Source of the DNA: Octopus vulgaris
Lineage: Eukaryota
Assembly: GCA_951406725.2 (NCBI GenBank)
Contig: OX597815.1
Coordinates: 120,280,001 to 120,344,000 of the forward strand
Direction of reading: 5' to 3'
Length of the DNA stretch: 64,000 bases
Shown here one piece after another: positions 41,001 to 51,863 of this stretch; position 1 is the stretch's first letter; the number at the start of each line of letters is the position of its first letter. Made by a program: the position numbers and the translations under genes. The notes under the pieces are model-generated. The model was not told the origin of the DNA and searched no databases. It saw only the letters and a program-made list of their open reading frames with translations.

Positions 41001-43628
41001 TTATTTGAATAACAGCTATGAACATGACTAACTCAGAAGAAAGCAAGATTCTTTCGATGTTAGAAGAAATACTTATAGCATAAACACCAAATTTACAGCA
41101 AATATACGACTGTTGTTATCGTTAGGCCTAACTCATTGTAAAGTAAATACCACCATGACTACAGTGGAGAAGGCTAGCCACTGGATTTGGTTAGAAAGAG
41201 ACGATGAGCGATGGTTAGAGAAATATTGAGCTTTATTTGATAACCAGTTGATCTAGCAAGCAGGGCCTCATATCAGTGTGTGTGTGTGTGGGGGGGCGCA
41301 TTGATGCCGTCGAGAGGTAGGCCTCAAAACGGCGCATTCTCTCCTGATGACCCCCATACACTTGCTGGGTTCCGGTGTGCGGAGTACACGATTGGTAGCA
41401 CTTTCATGTGCAAGTTGTTTGCAAGACATCGCCATAGATATGCCAGCAATATACTCATAAAATGACGTTATTATAAAACACTTTATATTCAAATATGTAA
41501 TATCTGCTGATTTCAAATTCCGCCGAAGTCAACTTTGCCTTTCATCCTTTCGGGGTCGATAAATTAAGTACCAGTTACGCACTGGGATCGATGTAATCGA
41601 CTTAATCCCTTTGTCTATTCTTGTTTGTCCCCTCTGTGTTTAGCCCCTTCTGGGCAGTAAAGAAATAAAACATGTAATATCTGTGAAAGTGCGTGGCCTA
41701 GTGGTTATGATACTGGACTCACGATCGGCATTTCGATTCCCGGGCAATGTGTTGCGTTCTTGAGCAAAAAGTTCGCGTTGCGTCACTCAGTTCAGCATTA
41801 AATGTGATGGACTGGCGTCCCTGTCAGCGGGGTGGGGGGATGTTGTGATTTCGGTCAGATAGTCATCTTGAAAACCGGGTAACAGGCCAATTGAGGTCTA
41901 GGCCTCGAGATAGACTTTATTTTATATAATAAGAGAATATGAAGTGTTTTATAAAAGTATCGTAGGGAGTGATATGTAGTTATTGACTTACGTGTCTGAC
42001 AGCCTCTACCATACCAATTTCGATGACATCGACCCGAACGGCAGTTACCATTTACAGGATCGCAGAAATCGTTTTCTGGGCAGTGACATAAAAATAAACA
42101 GCTTTGACCAAATCTACCCGGCAAACACACTAAGAATGTAAATAAATAAAAGGAATCAAGATATACAAACAGCATTTGTTGTAATGATCTGGTGGCAAAA
42201 ACAATGTCTAATTTTAGCCAGAAAGAAACTGTGAGTAATAAACAAGATTTGAATGACTTAGTTAATCATAGCTAATGACTTTTGCGAAATATATAGATTA
42301 GCAATTAAGGCTGATAATGTCCTGCATATTGATATTTATTTATTTGTGTTTCATCAACATCATTATCTTCTCATCATCATCATCGTTGTTGTTGTTATTG
42401 TTTTCCGGATGTGGTTCTTGGATCAAATATGATAATCTGGTCGCACCCCAGGGTATGATATCGTTTACATGAGAAATGCATTACTTTCTGTCGAGCGGTT
42501 TTGTATCGATTCACAACAAACAACATAAAACCAGTCTCAATACAATAGAATGTATTTTAAAAAGTGCTCTTCAATTAGCTTCCTTAATTATTTCTTCGCA
42601 TACAATGTCGTTTAATATGTATAAATTGATCAATACCCACATCCGGCATGTATTTTGATTATAAGATATATCTTATTCTTATCTTTTCCAAATATTTTCG
42701 GTGATAAATGTTTGAGAACAGATCATGAACATTATGGAACATGTTCACAATCCATTACTTTGCTGTATCGAATTGTCAACTGCTATAGGAACTCAAATCA
42801 TTGCCTCTTCAATGAAGCATGTATAGAAGTGTTTTGTTGTCGTCATTCATATACTATTTTTTTTTTCAGTTATGTCTGAACACAGAGCTTAGACATTGAC
42901 TTGGCAGCTTAACGGACAATTTTTCAAGAAGCTAGCGCTTCGTATTTTGTTACCGGTACAGTGTTGTACATGCTCCCAAGACATTTCTCAAATGGCCGAC
43001 TTCACCTCGCTATTGTAAGTGTTGCAAAGAAGGAGTAATTCATTGCTGAATGTAGCAGCGGCACTGTTAAAATTGACGAGTGGTTTTGCTAGCAGCTTCT
43101 AATATTGAGGTCGCCTTCTACGAATTAATAGGAACCACTCCAGTACTTGATATCAGACCCAAATCCTCATATTGTCTCATGGCTGCCATGGTCCTGGTAA
43201 CAGGCTTCTTGTAAAGGCTTCACTCTATGTTAAACTCATCACCAAGGACCCAACATCAAATGAATTACTTTATTTAGGGTTTCAATGAAGCAACTTTATA
43301 TATTCTCTTTACAGGTTTCGATAAAATAAGTTATGGAATATTAAATTAAATTGTTGAATTTGATCTAGAATTTCGAGAGATATAATAAACATCAATCAAT
43401 GTATACTTAAGGGATTACCTGCAGGTGTAATAATATAATGGATTTCTAATAAATAAACGGAAAAAATATTAATAAATAACTTACCTGTCTGACAATCTGG
43501 TGCATTCCTGTAGCCTTGTCTACAAAGGGAATCACTGCAACCAGTGGCATCACAGACTTTATCACCGTTGAAACAATGGCACGTTAGCTGACACTTATCT
43601 CCAAACTTTCCTTCGGGACACGTGTTTG
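14295..43628 (-). CDS. Receptor-type protein tyrosine phosphatase (2+ EGF-like, ~6 FN3-like, TM, PTP D1 + D2); multi-exon, 5' end not found
   Basis: Eleven exons with GT/AG ends and matching phases join into one frame of 4250 nt: 43485-43628, 41992-42129, 40295-40415, 39051-39262, 36154-36429, 32360-32653, 28670-28890, 27641-27814, 23909-25405, 19837-20874, 14295-14429. Confidence 0.9.
14590..14865 (-). mobile_element. Non-autonomous Helitron
   Basis: Minus strand runs 5'-TC...CTAG-3' between host A and T; subterminal hairpin GCCGTCA-aaaa-TGACGGC at 14604-14621. Confidence 0.8.
14880..15290 (-). mobile_element. SINE family A, diverged
   Basis: Reverse-complement similarity. Confidence 0.8.
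15663..15774 (-). ncRNA. Hammerhead-like motif with long stem II
   Basis: GCA-TTGAGGA-GAACAGTAATAT...ATATTGCTGTTT-GAAA-CGATCG-TA-TGC; 12-bp stem II, palindromic stem III, C3U core variant. Confidence 0.6.
16330..17360. repeat. (TA)n/(TATG)n microsatellite field with a unique island
   Basis: Direct reading; source of the spurious IY/YI ORFs. Confidence 0.9.
16886..16920 (+). ncRNA. Minimal hammerhead-like motif, CCGACGA core
   Basis: GTTT-CCGACGA-A-GAGCtccGCTC-GAAA-CG-TT-AAAC. Confidence 0.55.
19837..20874 (-). CDS. RPTP large exon: end of D1 and nearly all of D2
   Basis: 1038 nt, phase 0-0; [14 protein letters not shown] (D1); [38 protein letters not shown] (D2); donor after IIQDM. Confidence 0.95.
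22948..23107. mobile_element. hAT MITE
   Basis: TIR CAGTGCTCCGC(G/A)ACC; perfect 8-bp TSD GTCTAAAC. Confidence 0.9.
23909..25405 (-). CDS. RPTP large exon: FN3, membrane-proximal domain, TM helix, most of PTP D1
   Basis: 1497 nt, phase 0-0; FKVGD..YGG..NPPL; [26 protein letters not shown]; [44 protein letters not shown]. Confidence 0.95.
26564..26620 (+). repeat. Degenerate (CCCTAA)n tract
   Basis: AACCCTAAAACCCTAACCCTAAAATCCTAACCCC... Confidence 0.7.
27035..27410 (-). mobile_element. SINE family A
   Basis: Reverse-complement similarity. Confidence 0.88.
27641..27814 (-). CDS. RPTP exon: FN3/FN3 junction
   Basis: Phase 0-0; [10 protein letters not shown]...[17 protein letters not shown]. 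Confidence 0.92.
28670..28890 (-). CDS. RPTP exon: FN3 domain
   Basis: Phase 1-0; PDAP...[18 protein letters not shown]...[11 protein letters not shown]. Confidence 0.92.
28917..29296 (-). mobile_element. SINE family C, nested/tandem copies
   Basis: Reverse complement of the family C domain, twice. Confidence 0.8.
29301..29520. mobile_element. piggyBac-type MITE
   Basis: TTAA TSD on both sides; TIRs CCCTTTAGCATT / AATGCTAACGGG. Confidence 0.85.
30184..31785 (+). mobile_element. Mariner transposon (decayed), interrupted by a MITE
   Basis: Degenerate TIRs flanked by TA; remnants from 30321 to 31711: [64 protein letters not shown]-stop. Confidence 0.88.
30760..31323. mobile_element. Mutator-like non-autonomous element inside the mariner
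   Basis: Perfect 9-bp TSD GTCCCGGCC (30751-30759, 31324-31332); imperfect ~65-70 bp TIRs starting GCGAAA. Confidence 0.85.
32360..32653 (-). CDS. RPTP exon: FN3 domain
   Basis: Phase 1-1; [10 protein letters not shown]...GVLIRYEI...[21 protein letters not shown]. Confidence 0.92.
33395..33920 (+). mobile_element. CR1-clade LINE 3' fragment
   Basis: [20 protein letters not shown]...WILRAF...[14 protein letters not shown]...LKALKLYSL. Confidence 0.8.
36154..36429 (-). CDS. RPTP exon: divergent FN3-like domain
   Basis: Phase 1-1, 276 nt; ...[11 protein letters not shown]...TAEM; gtaagt donor. Confidence 0.8.
39051..39262 (-). CDS. RPTP exon: C-half of FN3 domain
   Basis: Phase 2-1; ...[20 protein letters not shown]... 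FN3 motif; gtgagt donor. Confidence 0.88.
40295..40415 (-). CDS. RPTP exon: N-half of FN3 domain
   Basis: Phase 1-2, 121 nt; [40 protein letters not shown]; gtacgt donor; phase fits the next exon. Confidence 0.8.
41992..42129 (-). CDS. RPTP exon: EGF-like repeat (MEGF10/Tie-like)
   Basis: Phase 1-1, 138 nt; [45 protein letters not shown]; gtaagt donor. Confidence 0.9.
43485..43628 (-). CDS. RPTP exon: EGF-like repeat
   Basis: Phase 1-1, 144 nt; [47 protein letters not shown]; ctccag acceptor, gtaagt donor. Not in the ORF track. Confidence 0.85.
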
Positions 43629-44136
43629 CTGGAGGTGAGACATGAGCAAAACGTTACATTTAAATGTTAAATGTCGTCCGAGATGAAAAAAACTGAACAC
43701 GAGATTTTGCTGACTATCGTAACAAAAATAATGAGGCATTAGATATATGATACGTATGTATTAATGAAAATTTGGTAAATATATAAGTGTGTGTGTGTGT
43801 GTGCGCGTTAGTGATGCAATAATGTTGCCCTAGTAAGTTCATAATGCATTCCACGCATATTTCTGTCTCTATTGGCACCTTGCATTTTTTCACCACGGGT
43901 TACAGACTCTCATTCTCATCTCGACTTCTCCCCTGCCCCACTATAAATTGCCTCTGCCAGCCTTTCTCACAATTTCTCTGCCGCTGTCACGCCTGCAGCT
44001 TGGACTCTGACTTCGATGCCGAGTAAATGCATCAGTACGCCTGATTTGCGGTGGATGCTTCCCTCTTCTGAGTCAATGCAATTCAATGACGCACTCCTGC
44101 CATGTATGCACACACACAAACACACACACACACACG

Positions 44137-44176
<40 letters not shown>

Positions 44177-44252
44177 TACACACATGCACAAACGCTCGCA
44201 CACAGACACACACACACACTCAGATTATATTGTATACCAGTGAATTAAAACA

Positions 44253-44655
44253 GGCGCAGGAGTGGCTGTTTGGTAAGTAGCTTGCTAACCAACCAAATGG
44301 TTCCGGGTTCAGTCCCACTGCGTGGCATCTTGGGCAAGTGTCTTCTGCTATAGCCCCGGGCCGACCAATGCCTTGTGAGTGGATTTGGTAGACGGAAACT
44401 GAAAGAAGCCTGTCGTATATATGTATATATATATATAAGTGTGTGTGAATATGTTTGTGTGTCTGTGTTTGTTCCCCTATCATTGCTTGACAACCGATGC
44501 TGGTGTGTTTACGTCCCCGTCACTTAGCGGTTCGGCAAAAGAGACCGATAGAATAAGTACTGGGCTTACAAAGAATAAGTCCCGGGGTCGATTTGCTCGA
44601 CTAAAGGCGGTGCTCCAGCATGGCCGCAGTCAAATGACTGAAACAAGTAAAAAGA
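44253..44655 (+). mobile_element. SINE family A, full length
   Basis: Head and tail nearly identical to 2195-2425. Confidence 0.9.
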
Positions 44656-44870
44656 AAAAAAAGAAAGAGAAGAGTATAGTCGGATTTTCTTAATTTATTT
44701 TATGTTTGTGTGTGTGTGTGTCTGTACGTGCGTATGCATGTGTGGGAGGATGTGTGTATGTTTGTGACAATTTTACTTAGGCATAGTAATACTAATAACC
44801 AGTTGTTAGAAGCTCAATACGTTATGCATATGAGTAACAAAAGAACAGGAATTACGTAATCGCTTACGTT

Positions 44871-44940
44871 ATCTTACAACTGTTTCTTCTATGAGAAGTT
44901 TTCACTCTGAATTCTTGAATAACATCGCTTCATCAGGGTT
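44871..44940 (-). ncRNA. Degenerate hammerhead motif
   Basis: CTGATGA ... GAAA-CAGTTG-TA; stems I and II are decayed. Confidence 0.35.
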
Positions 44941-46061
44941 ATATAAAACGATATGTGTTTATTATGAAATGTAATAAAGATAATGTGTTTATTATGAAAA
45001 CTTTTTAAATACCAACATCTACATGGTATTGTTTAAATCTTTATGTGTGTTTGCTTCGAGTTATACTATTCCAAAATGAATTATTGATATTTCACATTCT
45101 CTCGCAAGTTTATAAAATTCGCATGACGTTAACTACACACACGCGCACGCAAATACATACACACATACGCGCGCGCGCACATATAGTATACTGTTCCTTG
45201 AAGGGAATGTCAGCAGAAATAGTACATCATCTGGTGAAAGATAAATATAATTTAATAAACACAGTACATATTTTACAAGCTACTAATAATTTCATGCGAT
45301 GAAAACAACTCAGAAAGCATTTTATAACACATCTGGTTCTTTGACACAATTCTTAAGCTCTGCCAACATGGCATAACGAGCTAAAACAGGACGATAAGCT
45401 AAGAGAAAATACGAGAAAATGCGAGAAGAAAGTTGATGTGAATGGTGGGAGGTTGAAAACACCGGAAAACGAAAAAAGAAAAAGTGAGGGGAGTTAGGGT
45501 TATGTCCCCTTTGACCGTAAAGTCATTAGGTTATATAGCCTGGTGTCTGGGGTACTGCTGCTCAATTCTAAAAGGGTAGTATTTTTCAATTCGCCAACAG
45601 GAACTTAACCATATGTTTACATTCGCTGTAAATTTCAAATCTAGAATTCAGTTGTGCGATGGAGTGCTTAGATCTGAAAAGTAACTGTGATCTTTTAGCT
45701 ACGCATAGCTTATTTTCTTTTTAATCCACTGATGTATGGTGTGAATTTTAAAAATATTTCCCACTGTATGTGGTGTGGCGTTACACTTCAAACTCAATAC
45801 GTGGCTAGCCGACTAAGTGGCTTTACTTTTGTCTCTGTACCGAAAGTAATATATGTGTTTAGCATGGCGATTTTTGAAGTTGCCTTCACATAGCCCGACG
45901 TAGTTCTTTTCGGTTGCATTATCATCTAGTGTTGATGTAACTTCTGCCTCATATATGACGATTTTAATCATGCACCCCTGATCTTATTATTCTTCTATCT
46001 TTAGATCTAGTACTTCTATGTACTGCTATTCTCTGTCTGGAACTTTCCTGCATACACACTT

Positions 46062-46139
46062 TGTCTCTGATGGCGGAATACCCAGTGTAGTGTGGTGTCG
46101 ACCCATTACCTAGGATATCTCGGAAACAACTGTAAGACA
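46062..46139 (+). ncRNA. Degenerate type I hammerhead motif
   Basis: TGTCT-CTGATGG-(long stem II)-GAAA-CAACTG-TA-AGACA; 5-bp stem I, A9G change. Confidence 0.55.
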
Positions 46140-46238
46140 TTCTTCTATTTCTTTTTGATTCACCTTATTCTAATTAAATATTCTAAATGACCTGAGACGC
46201 TCGTCCTGCCTTGGTTTTGTTTCCCTTTCCTTTTAATA

Positions 46239-46305
<67 letters not shown>

Positions 46306-46308
46306 ATA

Positions 46309-46357
<49 letters not shown>

Positions 46358-46358
46358 G

Positions 46359-46389
<31 letters not shown>

Positions 46390-46772
46390 GCAGGTAGGGT
46401 TGTTTGTAGGCTGTTATGTAGACGTATACATATGTATATATGTAGGTTAATGGTTATGTAAGTGAACAGATAGATAACTAGATATATAAGTACATAGGTA
46501 ATACGGACAGACAAGCACAAACACACATACATACACAAATGAAGACTGAAACACATGACCATATACACACACACACACGCACGTCACGCGCGCGCGCACA
46601 CACACGCACACAGAAGGACACATATGGAGACACATCCATACATAACAGACGTAGTCACACAAACCCATACACATAGACATACTCAAACATGCACACACAA
46701 ATACACACACACATGAACATGCAAAGACATGAATATGCAGAATACATACCTACATACAAATATACACACACG

Positions 46773-46813
<41 letters not shown>

Positions 46814-46880
46814 TCTTGACCTTTCTGTCCCCTCCCTTTCTCAGCCTTCATTCTTTCTGGTTTCCTTTTCTCCTACCCTA

Positions 46881-46931
<51 letters not shown>

Positions 46932-47822
46932 TTCATTCTTTCTGGTTTCCTCACAACTATTCCCTTTTTTCTCTCCCTTTCTCTTACTCCTCCTCCCTCC
47001 CGTCGTTGACCCGCGACGAGAGCTCTGCTACTGTCTTTCTGACCTGGCTTCCTTGAAGTGTTGACGGCATTTTCTGTTAATCCTTCGCCGTTCTCAAAAA
47101 TAGCGTTCGTAATACTTTATCTCGTTCGGCTTAACAGCCCTTCTTGTCTTGTTATTCTCCTTGTCCTGTCTTTTGCTGTTTATATTTTGTACTGTCGTTA
47201 CTGTCCTGTTTTTGTTACCATTTTTACCCCTCCGCAAAAAGATCTCAAATTTTATTTAATTTGCTTTTCGCGGGAAGGAAAGTTTCTATCGAAGATGCGT
47301 ATCGCCTTCACCTTCGAAACGCAGAGTAGATGAAACCATGGCGACTGAAGAAGGGGAATTTTCCTTGTGTTATTTGTCATGTACTCTATTTTTTCGTTGT
47401 TTAAGAAAAATGTCCAGTTTCTTGGTTTTGTGTTTATGTTTTCGTTTCTCATTGTGTTCGACGTTTTTTTGGTGTCCTGTACCCATATATGCATGTATAT
47501 ATACATGTAGAGGTAGGTACGTACATATATGTATGTATATATGCATAGTTTTATTTATTAATTTATATATGTAAGATTAAAATTTCATAGTAAACATGTC
47601 TAGTCATACGCTCACATGTGCGCTCGCGGACCCACGTGCGTACTTATACGTCACTATGAAAACGTACACATCTTCACTCGCATTTTTCGCCAAATATATA
47701 CGCATATATATACAAACTCATACACACACATGCGTACCGTAAAAGTTCATACATACGTCTATATAACACAGTAATTTCCCTTTATATAACGGTATTTTTT
47801 CATAGCGTTTTTTCAGATGGCC

Positions 47823-47885
47823 AGATAACCGAAGACATGGTGTTGTGGATTTCCACTTCGGCATCTGAAACTCAGAGTTTTATTT
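47823..47885 (+). ncRNA. Hammerhead-like motif, CCGAAGA core
   Basis: AGATAA-CCGAAGA-(ATG..GTGGAtttCCAC..CAT)-GAAA-CTCaGAG-TT-TTATTT. Confidence 0.45.
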
Positions 47886-47910
47886 TGACTATTGAGTAAT
47901 TGTAACATAT

Positions 47911-47956
<46 letters not shown>

Positions 47957-48209
47957 GCAGACATACACGCACACACACATACATGCATACATATACATAC
48001 ATAATACATACATACACACATACATACAACCGATACTGACGTGTTTACGTCCCCGTAACATAGCGGTTCGGCAAAAGTGACCGATAGAATAAGTACTAGG
48101 CTTACAAAGAATAAGTCCTGGGGTCGATTTGCTCGACTAAAGGCGGTGCTCCAGCATGGCCACAGTCAAATGACTGAAACAACTAAAAGTGTAAAAGAGT
48201 ATATGTTTA

Positions 48210-48259
<50 letters not shown>

Positions 48260-48342
48260 GGTCCCGGGTTGATTCGGGGTTAACCACAGTAAATAAGGTA
48301 CTCAATACATAGCAGAGTAAAATTAATTTATTATATAGAAGG

Positions 48343-48393
48343 AGCTTCTACAGGACTAGAACTGTTTCATTCAAGAGAAATCTTCAGGAAGCT
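48343..48393 (-). ncRNA. Type I minimal hammerhead ribozyme in the 3' pseudo-LTR
   Basis: Minus strand reads AGCTTC-CTGAAGA-tTTCtcttGAAt-GAAA-CAGttctagtcCTG-TA-GAAGCT: full core, 6-bp stem I, GUA cleavage triplet. Confidence 0.8.
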
Positions 48394-48926
48394 AGTTAAC
48401 AAGAATTGTATTGGCATTTATACATTTAGGCAGGTTTAAAGGGGTGGTGGTGGGGGACTTTTTGGGGGTAGGCATAGCGCAAAATATCATACTCGGGGGA
48501 GTGGTCAAGGAGTCAGTGTTAAATTAGATAAAAGAATAAATAAAAAAATAAAAAAATATATATAAAAAAAAAGAATAGAGTTTTAGGTAAATAAGGAGAT
48601 TCTCACTTATACCTATGCACGTATGTATACATATATACACACACATACAAACATATATACATATACATACACACATACATACACACATATACATATATAT
48701 ACACTTACACATACATATACATATCTACACATACACATAAATGTATACATACACACACTCACATGCATACACGTATACACACATGTATATATACACACAC
48801 GACCACACATACATATACACACAGAAAGATATCTATACACATACACACACATACACACATACACGCATACACACACATATCCACACACACACATGCACAC
48901 ACAGCACACTAGTCCCTATATACACA

Positions 48927-48958
<32 letters not shown>

Positions 48959-48967
48959 TATATACAT

Positions 48968-48998
<31 letters not shown>

Positions 48999-49445
48999 CA
49001 TATGTGTACCTATACATACCTACACATACACACATATATATACATACAAATACAGACCCATTCCCTAATTTTAATTTTATTATCTTCATTTATTACTTTT
49101 GTTATCTTTGACCGCTGGTCACAAACATCTTGGCTATGACAGCCAGTCCGTTTATCTGTCTACTTGAAAATAAGCACTCATTCACTCACGCACACTCTTT
49201 AGCACGTACACTCACTCATTCGTACACTCATACACATACACGCACGCACGCGTTATATTCATACATACATACATCTACATACATTCACGTATATACACAT
49301 ACGTACGCGTACCTACAGATTCATGTCTACACTCTTAGAAGGCTAGTCTATACATATACACCAATAAATATATATACACACACATACATATACACCTACA
49401 TACAAATACATACATATATATATATATATATATACACATATATAT

Positions 49446-49503
<58 letters not shown>

Positions 49504-49699
49504 ACATACATACACATACACACATACACATACATACGTATACATACATACATACATACATACATCCATACATCCATACATACATACATTTATACACATA
49601 CACACACCCACACGTATACATGTACATACATGTATATACGCGCATGCATACACATACAAATACATACACATACGCATATACATATACATACATACATAT

Positions 49700-49744
<45 letters not shown>

Positions 49745-50110
49745 CACACACATACATATACATACATACATATACAAATATACGCACACACATACATACA
49801 TACTCATATACACATACACGCACATACACATGTACATGCGTACCCATACACACACACACACACGCGCATCCATATATACACATAAGTACACACATGCGTA
49901 AAAGTATACATATATCTATGCTTACACATACACACACACACGCGCGCCTCCTTATATTCATACTTACATGCATACTCAAAAAATAAGTAAATAATAAAAT
50001 ATATATACGCGCAGTTATTCATACATGCATACTCAAAAAATAAATAATAAATATTAAGTATATGTACGTGCAGTTACCTATTATATAGACGGATACATAC
50101 ATATAAACTT

Positions 50111-50147
<37 letters not shown>

Positions 50148-50364
50148 TACACATATATATACATATACATATATATATATATATACACACATATACATAT
50201 ACACACATATATATATACATACTTACACACATGTACAAATACATACACACATAGATAACTCTACGTACCTACATATACATAAACACACGAGCGTACACGT
50301 ATATGTACATATACACATACACATACACACACATATATATACATACATACATATACATACACAC

Positions 50365-50461
<97 letters not shown>

Positions 50462-51157
50462 TATACATGTGTGCAAACATACATACATACTCATACACGC
50501 ACACACACTTACATATACATATATACACACACTTACACACATATATACATACACATATACATACATACATACACATATGCATACATACACATATTCACAC
50601 ATACACATATATACATACATACACATACATATACATTTACACATACATACATATATATTCATACATATATATATATACACATATAGACACATACACATAC
50701 ACACACATATATGCATATACATACACATATATACCCACACGTACACATATACACATATATACATATATACATACATATACACACATACACACACACACAC
50801 ATATATATATACATACATACACATACACATACCTATACATATATATATACACACATATACACATGCACATACTTATATCTCTACATACCCGCATATACAT
50901 ATATATATATATACATATATATATACACACACATACATATACCTATATACATGTATATATACACACACATATATATACACATCTACAATTTGTATCTACA
51001 ATCACATACATGCACATACACATAACTCTACATACCTACATATACATCGACATACTCGCGTACACTCATATATATACACATATATACATATACACACACA
51101 CATACATATGCATATACATATATATATATATATAAATGTATACATAAATACACATAT

Positions 51158-51244
<87 letters not shown>

Positions 51245-51266
51245 TATATATACACATATACATACA

Positions 51267-51326
<60 letters not shown>

Positions 51327-51863
51327 CATATATCAACAATTGAGGGTAAAGTTAATTAGTTATTAATCAATTTCACCAAGTATTCAGTATGTAAAAGGAC
51401 CATTATTTTTTTGAGTAAACAATGTCTGAGAGAAAATATTCTCTAAGTAGTGGAAGAGGCTAAAAAACTTTTTTGGCTGCTATTTCTAGAAAGTTCAGTA
51501 TGTGGCAAAGTAATTTATTTTACTAAGCCCTAATTATATAATATTTTATACATACATACACATACATACACACATACATATACACATACATATGCATACA
51601 CACATATATACATATATACATATATACACACACACACACACACACGCACATACATATATATATATATATTTTTTTTTTACATACATACACACACACACAC
51701 ACACATAATACATGCGTATATTCCTACTATACCCATACATTTCTATACATATATACGATACACATATACAAGCGTGCACATACAATATGTGAAAGGTCTT
51801 AGGAGAAAAGGTAATCGGGGGTGCTAGGGGAACGGTGGGATTGGGGGGTGGGGGGGGGTGTCA

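Noticed and set aside
48524-51359. ORFs of up to 296 aa
   Set aside because: Microsatellite translations inside the PLE 3' region.
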